Origin: a bacterium
GTDB taxonomy: Bacteria > Gemmatimonadota > Gemmatimonadetes > Gemmatimonadales > Gemmatimonadaceae
DNA length: 28,082 nt
Direction of reading: 5' to 3'
Assembly: GCA_040005935.1 (NCBI GenBank)
Contig: JBDTXZ010000001.1
Span: 1 to 28,082, forward strand
Shown in pieces: positions 9,022-16,890 of the stretch. How positions within the stretch are numbered: position 1 is the first letter of the stretch; every line of letters begins with the position of its first letter. The notes below the pieces were generated by a model. The model was given only the letters and a program-made list of their open reading frames with translations, made no database searches and was not told the origin of the DNA. The position numbers and the translations under genes are program-made.

Positions 9022-9068
9022 GAGGGCAGAATACGAATGCGGACCCAATGGGGCAACTGGTCGCGATA

Positions 9069-9129
9069 CGCAGAATGCACAATTGAGAATCGAGCGCGCA
9101 GAATGCACAATTGAGAATCGTGCGCGCAG
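9069..9129. repeat. 28-bp tandem direct repeat (2 copies plus a 5-nt partial) in a divergent intergenic region
   Basis: 9069-9096 CGCAGAATGCACAATTGAGAATCGAGCG; 9097-9124 CGCAGAATGCACAATTGAGAATCGTGCG (27/28 identical); 9125-9129 CGCAG. Confidence 0.95.
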
Positions 9130-9221
9130 CGCGAACCGTTTTGTACTTTTGGGATCCGGTCGCGAACCACACTGATGGCCAGCAGTCGGCACGGTGCCGT
9201 AACGACATGAGAGAAATGACT

Positions 9222-10835
9222 ATGCAAATGCCATACATCACGATCGCGATTTCTGCGTTCGTCCTCGGTCAGGGTTCCCTCGCCCTCGCGCAGGCCGTAG
9301 CGACCGGTGCCGCCGCGGAGGCGCCACGCCTGTACCTGAACACTGCGTCACCGCCGGCGCCCGCGCCCGGCCACGTGATCCTCAAGGTTGGTTCCGGGGG
9401 AAACTTCCAGGCGGCGCTGAACAAGGCGCAGCCGGGAGACGTCATCGAGCTCGCCAAAGGCGCATCATTTTCCGGCAACTTCATCCTGCCGAACAAGAAC
9501 ACCGCGAGCACGAGCTGGATCGTGATTCGTCCGTCGAACTACGCGATGTTGCCTGCTGAAGGCGAGCGCATGACGCCTACCATCGCTTCGACGCTTGCCC
9601 TCCCTCAGGTTCTGGCGCCGAATCAGAATCACGCGATCAAGACCGAGGCGGGTGCACACCACTATCGGCTTGTTGGGCTGAACGTTGGCGTCGTTGCAGG
9701 TCTCGCACAGAGCTACGGCCTGATCGGCATTGACGGCGAACAACGGACCGAGGCAGGTATTCCGCACGACATCATCCTTGACCGCCTCTACGTCCACGGT
9801 ACGCCCGAAATCGCGCTGCGACGCTGCCTGACGTTCAACGCTGCATCCACCGCCGTCGTCGACTCATGGGTGAGTGAATGTCACGACAAAGGCTCGGATT
9901 CGCAGGCGATCGCCGGATGGAATGGGCCCGGTCCGTTCAAGATCGTGAACAACTATCTCGAAGGCGCTGGGGAGAACATCATCTTCGGGGGATCAGACCC
10001 GGCGATCAAGGATCTTACGCCGAGCGACATCGAGATCCGGCGCAATCATATTACGAAGCTGCTTGCCTGGAAAAAGGTCTGGTCGGTGAAGAATCTGGTC
10101 GAGCTCAAGCACGCACGGCGTGTGCTGCTCGAGGGAAACATTATCGAGAATAACTGGACGCATGGCCAGAACGGCACCGGCATCGTGATGATGAGCGCCA
10201 ACCAGAACGGGCAATGCACGTGGTGCGCGACGCAAGATGTGACGATACGATTCAACAAGATCCTGAACGTGGGATCAGGCATCAACATCAGCAACACCGC
10301 GCCAAACCGGTTACCCTCCGGCCAAACGCGCCGGATTGCGATCGTCGACAATATCATTTCTCACATCAACGTCGGCCAGTTTGACGGTGACGGCCGAGGG
10401 TTCTCGACGTTTGGTGCAGTCGATGGTGTTCTGATCGCACACAACACCATGATGACACCAACGAATTCCGCATTTGTGTTCGGCCCAGCAGGATCACAGG
10501 TCATGAACTTCTCGGCGATCGGCAACCTCGTCGGTGGTGGAACCTACGGCATGCTTGGCGACAACTTCATGGCGACGAAGGCGTTCGCCAACTACGCGCC
10601 GAACGGGCAGTTTCGAGATAACGTGATGATCATCGCGTACCCGGGCGCCGTGTACCCGCCGGGAAACGCCTATCCGGCAACCGCGGCCGCCGTCGGGTTT
10701 TTTGACTTGGTCGGCGAGAATTATCGCCTTGCCCCGAATAGCCGCTTCAAGCGACCGGGCTCGGATGGCCGAGAGCCGGGGGCCAACGTTGATTCGCTCG
10801 AGGTACTGCTCAAGGGCGTGCGCGTACAACCGTGA
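9222..10835 (+). CDS. Secreted right-handed beta-helix protein, paralogue of the C-terminal domain of 5304-7742, no Ig stalk
   Basis: Hydrophobic signal ending ALA-Q (ITIAISAFVLGQGSLALAQ). Shares IRPSNY.LPAEG.RMTPTIA, GSDSQAIA.WNGPGPFKIVNNYLE.AGENII, LTPSDIEIRRNH and NQNG.C.WC with the lipoprotein. Start uncertain among ATG 9207/9216/9222/9228; 9222 fits the GAGAG SD. Confidence 0.8.
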   Translation: MQMPYITIAISAFVLGQGSLALAQAVATGAAAEAPRLYLNTASPPAPAPGHVILKVGSGGNFQAALNKAQPGDVIELAKGASFSGNFILPNKNTASTSWIVIRPSNYAMLPAEGERMTPTIASTLALPQVLAPNQNHAIKTEAGAHHYRLVGLNVGVVAGLAQSYGLIGIDGEQRTEAGIPHDIILDRLYVHGTPEIALRRCLTFNAASTAVVDSWVSECHDKGSDSQAIAGWNGPGPFKIVNNYLEGAGENIIFGGSDPAIKDLTPSDIEIRRNHITKLLAWKKVWSVKNLVELKHARRVLLEGNIIENNWTHGQNGTGIVMMSANQNGQCTWCATQDVTIRFNKILNVGSGINISNTAPNRLPSGQTRRIAIVDNIISHINVGQFDGDGRGFSTFGAVDGVLIAHNTMMTPTNSAFVFGPAGSQVMNFSAIGNLVGGGTYGMLGDNFMATKAFANYAPNGQFRDNVMIIAYPGAVYPPGNAYPATAAAVGFFDLVGENYRLAPNSRFKRPGSDGREPGANVDSLEVLLKGVRVQP

Positions 10836-11941
10836 GCGGTGCCGCAACCCTTCACGAGAATACAGTGGCGGACCGCGTCCGCACCCTGCCCCGCGCGCTC
10901 AGAGAGGGACTCGCCGCGAAGCATCTCGCCGGCATCGATGGCTTGCGCGCAATCTCGGCCCTCCTGGTCGTCCTCTACCACGCCGGCGTGCCAGCGAGTC
11001 CGGCTGGCACGGGCGTGTTGGCGTTCTTTGTACTCAGCGGCTTCCTCATTACGCGACTGATCATCGCTGAGGAAGCACAGACCCATACCGTATCCTTATC
11101 GCGATTCTACATCCGGCGAAGCTTCCGCATCTTTCCTGCCTTCTACGCCTATTGGCTTATCTGGGTGATCTTCACGACGAGTCGGCATCATTCGTTGAAC
11201 GTGCCGCAGACGCTTTCGGCCTTTTTCTATGCGTCGAACTACTATCAGGCCCTGTACGGCGACCCGAACAACGGATTGAGTAACGCCTGGTCGCTTGGTG
11301 TCGAGGAGCAGTTCTATCTACTGTGGCCGTTCGCCTTCCTACTGCTGCGCAACAACGAACGCCGCTTCACCGCGCTCGTCCTGCTCATCCCGCTGCTCTG
11401 GGTGTATCGTGAAGCGTTGATCTACGTACTGCATGTGAATCAACGATACCTGTACGAAGCCTTCGACACGCGCGTCGATCACATCCTGATGGGCTGCTTG
11501 CTGGCCATCGCACTCGAAACAGGCCGTTTCACGAGGCTGTGGAGGATCGCATGCGCCTCACCATACATGACCGTGGTCACCATCCTGCTGATCGTGATTA
11601 CGATTCGAGGAAATCGCTTCCTGCACCTCCGCGACTATCGAGACTCTGTCGAGTTCGTCGTCGTGCCCGTGCTGTGCGCCATCCTGATCGCACAACTCGT
11701 TGCCTTCCCATCGCATGGCGTCACGCGTCTCTTCAACTGGACGTGGATGCGCTTTCTGGGCAAGATCTCCTACTCGATCTACCTCTACCAGCAGCTGGTA
11801 GTCTTCCCGGCGAGGAAAATATTCACGGGATATCCGGTGCTCGGCGTGATGGCGGCTGTCGTGGCCAGCATCATCTTCGCGATTGGCTCGTTCTATCTCA
11901 TCGAGCAACCGTTCCTCCGGCTACGGCAGCGCTACGCATGA
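10832..11941 (+). CDS. Acyltransferase-3, close paralogue of 1036-2142
   Basis: KHLAGIDGLRA, GVLAFFVLSGFLITRLIIAEE, RFYIRRSFRIFPAFYAYWLI, YEAFDTRVDHILMGCLLA and WMRFLGKISYSIYLYQQLVV are identical to the first copy. GTGA overlap with the upstream stop. Confidence 0.93.
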   Translation: MSGAATLHENTVADRVRTLPRALREGLAAKHLAGIDGLRAISALLVVLYHAGVPASPAGTGVLAFFVLSGFLITRLIIAEEAQTHTVSLSRFYIRRSFRIFPAFYAYWLIWVIFTTSRHHSLNVPQTLSAFFYASNYYQALYGDPNNGLSNAWSLGVEEQFYLLWPFAFLLLRNNERRFTALVLLIPLLWVYREALIYVLHVNQRYLYEAFDTRVDHILMGCLLAIALETGRFTRLWRIACASPYMTVVTILLIVITIRGNRFLHLRDYRDSVEFVVVPVLCAILIAQLVAFPSHGVTRLFNWTWMRFLGKISYSIYLYQQLVVFPARKIFTGYPVLGVMAAVVASIIFAIGSFYLIEQPFLRLRQRYA

Positions 11942-11983
11942 GAGCACGCCGTTACGGTGCACCGTGTCTGTCACCAAAGCAGA

Positions 11984-13408
11984 TCATCCTGTCGTTGCCG
12001 TTCGTTCCTTCTGCGTTCGCTGCACCAGCATCAGGAATTTCCGTGCTTGCACGCTTCGATCGAACTGCCCGTCGCGACCGACTGGCAAGGGCCTCTCACC
12101 GGCCGAAAACTGCTCGTACCGGTGCCGAATGAGTAACGTGATTCCGTCCACGTCCTGAGGACCCACGACGTCGGCCTCGCTCCCACGCAACAAGTCGGCG
12201 AGCGCACTTTCGGGATGTGCCACGACGAGTAGCCACGCGGCGAAACGCACATACTCGTAGATCTTCGCCGGAAGGGACGTGTCCCGGTCCTGCGCGAGCG
12301 GAAGGCTCAGCAGCACCGTTGCGCCGGCCTGAAATTCCAACACGTCTTTCCGCGACAACAGCCCACGCAGCGACACATACGCCGCAATTCCTTCCTCCTC
12401 GGCGATCTCCGACACCCATTCGCCGTCCATGTCGCCAGCCAGTTCGACGACGAACTGCTCAGGCGTGAGTCCGAGATCGCGGACCACGCGCGCGGACGCA
12501 CGAAAGACGAGACGCGGATCCCGGTCCGAATAGATCGAACCGGCAAATCGGATGCTGAAACGGCCGTCGCGAGTGGGGTCTGGCAACGGATCGCTATCCG
12601 CTCCATTCCGCACGATCTCGATGCGCGATGCGCTCTCGGGATACGTGCGCCGCATCATCGCGCCCACGTGCTCGGTGTTCATCGTGATGAGTGACGCAGC
12701 ATGCACGCACCGCGCTTCGTGCCGGCGCGCGAGACGGAACCAGAGCGGGCTCGCGATGGACTCAGGAAGTCGCTCCTGGAGGCTCCACGGATCGCGCATG
12801 TCCATGACGAACGGCAAACCACTCGCTCGGGAAATCAGCCTGCTGGCTTCGTGCGCCAGATGTGGCGGCGACGAGCTGACCACGAACTGATATCGATGCA
12901 TTCGCGCCAGCGCCACGCCGAGCTTCGCGGCTGCACGTGCCCAGTTTCCGCCTCTCGCATACTCGAGCCAGGCAAAGTACGCGCGAACAATCCCGCGCCC
13001 GCCGCCGGACTGCTTCTTCACCTCGTGATGCGTCAGCGCGTCGACGCGCTGCACTGATTCGCGTGCGAGCAGTCGGCTTATTCTCGGCCAGGCAATCTTG
13101 TGCGCGCGCTCGACCAGCGGTTCACGATCCGCCACCGAAAACAGTCGCAGGTTGGCGCTGAAGTGCTCGAGCCGCGCAGGATCGAGATGCTCGACGTCGC
13201 GAAAGTCGCGCGAGATTACATCCACCGCCCAACCAAGCGAAATGAAGAACCGCGCCATCTCTTGCCAGCGCAATCCGCCCACGACGGGATCGGGTGGAAA
13301 GTGATAGCTGACCACCAGCATCCGCGGAGCGTCCACCGGCGCGGCCGTGTTGCTGGCGAAATACAGCGTACCGTTCGGAGGTGCAGGCTGTTCCAGTGGC
13401 GCAGTCAT
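11984..13408 (-). CDS. GT-B fold glycosyltransferase (GT4-like)
   Basis: LVVSYHFPP...GGLRW, VVSSSPP, DMRDPW, FAGSIY, LPAKIYEY. Start moved to ATG 13408, which overlaps the flippase stop (ATGA); 474 aa. Confidence 0.85.
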   Translation of the reverse strand: MTAPLEQPAPPNGTLYFASNTAAPVDAPRMLVVSYHFPPDPVVGGLRWQEMARFFISLGWAVDVISRDFRDVEHLDPARLEHFSANLRLFSVADREPLVERAHKIAWPRISRLLARESVQRVDALTHHEVKKQSGGGRGIVRAYFAWLEYARGGNWARAAAKLGVALARMHRYQFVVSSSPPHLAHEASRLISRASGLPFVMDMRDPWSLQERLPESIASPLWFRLARRHEARCVHAASLITMNTEHVGAMMRRTYPESASRIEIVRNGADSDPLPDPTRDGRFSIRFAGSIYSDRDPRLVFRASARVVRDLGLTPEQFVVELAGDMDGEWVSEIAEEEGIAAYVSLRGLLSRKDVLEFQAGATVLLSLPLAQDRDTSLPAKIYEYVRFAAWLLVVAHPESALADLLRGSEADVVGPQDVDGITLLIRHRYEQFSAGERPLPVGRDGQFDRSVQARKFLMLVQRTQKERTATTG

Positions 13409-14937
13409 CCGCCCGCCCGCAACTCGGCCAGCATCGTTTTGAGTGTTCGCACACGTTCGCGATGCCCTAACAGCAGCGTGAACGAATAGGCAATCGCGCC
13501 GACGACGGAGAGCTCCAGAAGCTGAGCCAGCGCCGTCCAGCCATCCACCAGCCAGTGTCGCGTCGCGAGCACCGCAACGGCCATCACGATGACACCGCTC
13601 AACGCCGGCCAGAGCGCGCCCACATAGTGCTTCGCGGGCAACTCGATTGCCTTGAACGCCGCCCGGTACATCGGCGCAAGAAAGAACGGATGCACGATGA
13701 TCCACGCGGCGGCCACACCCGCCGCTCCCCACCGTGACGCGATGACGAACGCGATTGGGAAGCCGATTGCGCCCGCGACGTTCGATTGCATCGGCAGCTT
13801 GGTGTTGCCAAGCGCCGTGAGAACTTGCGGGACAAGCGGTGAGATGGAACGAACGCCAGAGTAGATCGCCAACAATTGAAGGGGGAGAATGGCCCCTCTC
13901 CACGCATCACCCAGTGCGGCCAGGACGAACGGTTCGGCGACGAGTGCGAGGCCCACTGACGCAGGGAAGGTGATCACCGCGATGACTTCCGTTATCCCCA
14001 GCAAGTAGCGACGCAACGCCGCGTGATCGTGTTGCGCCGCCGCGAGCACGGAGGGCGTCACACGAACCACCATCGACGTCACCTTCTCGATGGGCACATT
14101 CGCCATCGTCCATCCAAAGGAGTACGCACCAAGCGCCGCCTTGCCCAACATCTTGCCGACGACCGCAAAGTCGGCATTCGAAAAGGCGTACCAGGCAAGA
14201 CGCGCGATCAGCATGTGCGAGCTGAACGTCAGCGCCGCGGTGAGCTCGCTGCGCCTTGGCGTCGCGAACGGAGACGGGCGCGCGATGACTAATGTCGTCG
14301 TCAGTACGACAGCGCCCACGATCTGGCCAATCACCAGCGCCCAGAAGCCTGCGCCTTTCAGCGCGAGCAACACCGTCACCGCAGCCACAAGAATTGTCTG
14401 CGCACCTTCCGCCATTGCCAGCAACTTGAACCGCATCTCCCGCTGCAACAACGATGTCGGAACCGTCTGCAATCCACCAAGAAACAGCGTGATGCTGAGT
14501 GCGAGAATGATCGACGTGACCTGCGGAACACCGAACGCCAGCCCAACGAATTGCGCCGCTGCCAGTGACACGAGGGTCGCGACGATTCCGAACCCGACGG
14601 CGATCGTATTCACCTGCGCGATCTGGTCGCGCGACATCGACCGCAGTGTCACCACCGCCGAGCCGATGCCGAATTCGCTGAGCATCGTGACGAGGCCCAT
14701 GTAGATGACCGCCATGCCGACAAGCCCATATGCATCCGGGCCGAGCACGCGTGCCACGACGAGCGTCGAGATCCAGGTGGCCGCCTGCCCGCCCCATTTT
14801 ACGGCGCTCGTCCAGATGATCCCGCTCATCAGCGAGCGATCGAGATTCCGATCGCGGCCAGCCTCCCGGATCTCTTCCTCTTCTATCGCTACGCGCTCGG
14901 ATCGCTGGTCGGCGGACTCGGGTACGTCGACCGTCAC
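13405..14937 (-). CDS. wzx: Wzx-type polysaccharide repeat-unit flippase (PST family)
   Basis: Many TM segments; VVARVLGPDAYGL, EFGIGSAVV, LLQREMRFK, NADFAVVGKMLG..ALGAY; 510 aa. GTG overlaps the upstream stop (GTGA). Confidence 0.92.
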   Translation of the reverse strand: MTVDVPESADQRSERVAIEEEEIREAGRDRNLDRSLMSGIIWTSAVKWGGQAATWISTLVVARVLGPDAYGLVGMAVIYMGLVTMLSEFGIGSAVVTLRSMSRDQIAQVNTIAVGFGIVATLVSLAAAQFVGLAFGVPQVTSIILALSITLFLGGLQTVPTSLLQREMRFKLLAMAEGAQTILVAAVTVLLALKGAGFWALVIGQIVGAVVLTTTLVIARPSPFATPRRSELTAALTFSSHMLIARLAWYAFSNADFAVVGKMLGKAALGAYSFGWTMANVPIEKVTSMVVRVTPSVLAAAQHDHAALRRYLLGITEVIAVITFPASVGLALVAEPFVLAALGDAWRGAILPLQLLAIYSGVRSISPLVPQVLTALGNTKLPMQSNVAGAIGFPIAFVIASRWGAAGVAAAWIIVHPFFLAPMYRAAFKAIELPAKHYVGALWPALSGVIVMAVAVLATRHWLVDGWTALAQLLELSVVGAIAYSFTLLLGHRERVRTLKTMLAELRAGG

Positions 14938-16679
14938 GAAGAATGGGACATCGTCACGTCCCAGGTTTTTTGAATGGTATCGGCCGCATCGACCACATAG
15001 TCACGGTTGCTGAGCGTCGACCAGTGAACCGCGGCCGCGACCGACAGGACGTACTTTTTCATCAGGCTGCTCGCAAAGTTCGGAGACCGCAACGTGGCCC
15101 ACGCGCGTCGCATCGTTTTCCGCCGAATGAGCGCACGCTTAGCGGCCAGAACTGACGGCGCCCACTGATAGTCAAGAGCCTTGGTGGGAGGAATCGGACA
15201 CGGAACGTGACCGGGGTACGCCTGCCAGTAGGTCTTCGAGACATACTCCGGAAATTCATTCAACCACGAAACATAGAACGCGTGATACAACCGCGCTTCA
15301 ATTGGAATCGACGCGATGATCGCTGCGAACTCGGAATCGAAAAACGGTAGCTGAAGCTCAACGCGATGCTCATCGATCCCCTCGAAGTGATGATGAAGGT
15401 GCCGATGCTGATCGTTCTGCATCAGGAACAGGTAAAACGTCTGCGACAAATCGCCCGCATGCAGCCGTTTCAGCTCTGCGATCACGCCGTTGCGCGGCGC
15501 TTCCGCCATACGCGGCACAATTGAAGGCTGAAGAAGCCGCAGTGGCACGTAGCCGTGCTCGGCCTGCAGATACTCATCGGCCACAGCATCCAAGTCTCCT
15601 GCGGCCGCGCGCTCCATGATCGTGGGACGCAGGTAAACATGGCCGAGGGTAACGCTGCCGCCATCGCCGGACCACATCACCTGTGGACGCTCGACGCGCG
15701 ACTTGATTGCGGCCGTCGACTTAGCGTGCGCGTTTGCAATCATCATCGACCAGCGTGAATCGATCGGGTCGTCAACGCCGTGACTCTCGTGTGTCGTGCC
15801 TGCCACCTGAGCCAACGCGGCACCGTACTCCCGATCTTCCGTACCCTCAGGCGAAAAGTTGAACGAATGCACGTCGACGTCGTCATTGCGCAGCGCGGCA
15901 ACCACGACTCGTGAGTCCAACCCACCGCTCAGGAAGGCGGTTGTCGCGTTATCGCCTCGTTGCCGAATGCGGACCGCCTCCATGAAGGTATCGTATGCCG
16001 CCCTGCTCAACGTTGCGAGATCCTTCGTCGAACGAGGAATGTCCTGCCAACGCCAATACTCCGCGCTCGTTATGCCATCGGCAGTGACCTCGACCACCTC
16101 GCCGGGCTTCAAGAGGGTGATGTTCGCATAGGACGTCCGGGCGCCAAAGCTGAAGCCAAACGCCACGCGCTCGGCCAGGCCGTCGAAGTCGATCGTCTTC
16201 GGCAGGAGGACGCAGGCTTCGAGCAGCCGGATCGTGCTCGAGTACACCACCGTGTCGCCATCCGTCCACACGTACATGGGACGAATGCCAAGCTTGTCCG
16301 TGGCAATGACGAGACGCTTGCTGGCGCGATCATAGTGGGCGACAGAAAATGCGCCGCGAGCCTCCGCGAGTCGCATGTACTCGCGATCCTGCAGCATCCG
16401 ATGCAACTCCGCGGTATCCGTGGCCCTGGAGCGCTGCGACGGATCGAGCGACGAGACAATCGGCTCTCCTGCAACGAATGTCACAGCATCTGCTTCATCG
16501 ACCAGTCCTTTCGACTTGAGTGCGCCGATATCGACTTTGACCAGAAGCGCACAGTCGTCTCGCACCACTTCGAGACGGTCGGACGGGTTCCGCGAGAGAT
16601 GGCGTTTCATCGCCGCGAGCAGGTCGTCCGCCTGCTGCAGAGCCCCTCGTCGGCGGAACGCGCCGGCGAGCAATGTCAC
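14934..16679 (-). CDS. Asparagine-synthetase-fold protein with a degenerate glutaminase domain (N-terminus MTLLAG instead of MCGIAG)
   Basis: ATDKLGIRPMY (cf. ARDRFGVKPLY), PP-loop FLSGGLDSR, WSGDGG, ELQLPFFD. Preferred start GTG 16679 after a GGGG SD; alternative 16706. Neither start supplies an N-terminal Cys. Confidence 0.8.
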   Translation of the reverse strand: MTLLAGAFRRRGALQQADDLLAAMKRHLSRNPSDRLEVVRDDCALLVKVDIGALKSKGLVDEADAVTFVAGEPIVSSLDPSQRSRATDTAELHRMLQDREYMRLAEARGAFSVAHYDRASKRLVIATDKLGIRPMYVWTDGDTVVYSSTIRLLEACVLLPKTIDFDGLAERVAFGFSFGARTSYANITLLKPGEVVEVTADGITSAEYWRWQDIPRSTKDLATLSRAAYDTFMEAVRIRQRGDNATTAFLSGGLDSRVVVAALRNDDVDVHSFNFSPEGTEDREYGAALAQVAGTTHESHGVDDPIDSRWSMMIANAHAKSTAAIKSRVERPQVMWSGDGGSVTLGHVYLRPTIMERAAAGDLDAVADEYLQAEHGYVPLRLLQPSIVPRMAEAPRNGVIAELKRLHAGDLSQTFYLFLMQNDQHRHLHHHFEGIDEHRVELQLPFFDSEFAAIIASIPIEARLYHAFYVSWLNEFPEYVSKTYWQAYPGHVPCPIPPTKALDYQWAPSVLAAKRALIRRKTMRRAWATLRSPNFASSLMKKYVLSVAAAVHWSTLSNRDYVVDAADTIQKTWDVTMSHSS

Positions 16680-16890
16680 TTCAACCCCCGCATCGGGGCG
16701 ATGCACTCTGCACTCACGAAATGGCCTCTGACAGTGACGGAAACTTGACGCGCGATTGCCATTATTTGTCCCTTGCGGGACGACTGGCAGGGGTCGATGT
16801 CACGTATTCTAAGCAATCGTTAGCTTTGCATCTGGTCGCCGCCCGCACCATTCACCAAGAACCGTGAGCGCGCTATTCCAACCGAGGATG
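16679..16890. promoter_or_regulatory. Divergent intergenic region, presumed to hold promoters for both flanking operons
   Basis: About 210 nt, AT-richer than the CDSs, between head-to-head genes. No convincing sigma70 or sigma54 consensus pair was found by eye. Confidence 0.45.

Noticed and set aside
9069-9129. CRISPR array
   Set aside because: The 28-bp units are directly adjacent with no spacers, there are only two full copies, and no cas genes are present.
5304-10835. Calling the beta-helix proteins AlgG/AlgE mannuronan epimerases because an AlgD-like gene is present
   Set aside because: The DPH(D/E) catalytic motif and the RTX modules were not found, so the function is left open.
11954-11965. 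Perfect 12-bp palindrome ACGGTGCACCGT between convergent genes, and CGGCAC-G-GTGCCG at 9187-9199
   Set aside because: Both are short and GC-rich with little or no loop and no U-tract. Their partial mutual similarity is compatible with chance, so neither is called as a terminator or operator.
11984-13903. ORF-track extended starts (also 3234, 4214, 9192, 9111, 17897, 24742, 26456)
   Set aside because: The extensions overlap neighbouring genes or the non-coding repeat and lack family motifs. Downstream starts fit stop/start overlaps or SD sites.
14934-16706. Lasso-peptide (RiPP) cluster built on the Cys-less AsnB-fold protein, with the 39-aa ORF as precursor
   Set aside because: No PqqD/RRE or transglutaminase-like B protein is in the window. 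The small ORF has no leader/core layout and lies 11 kb away. The gene is coupled to wzx and a GT.
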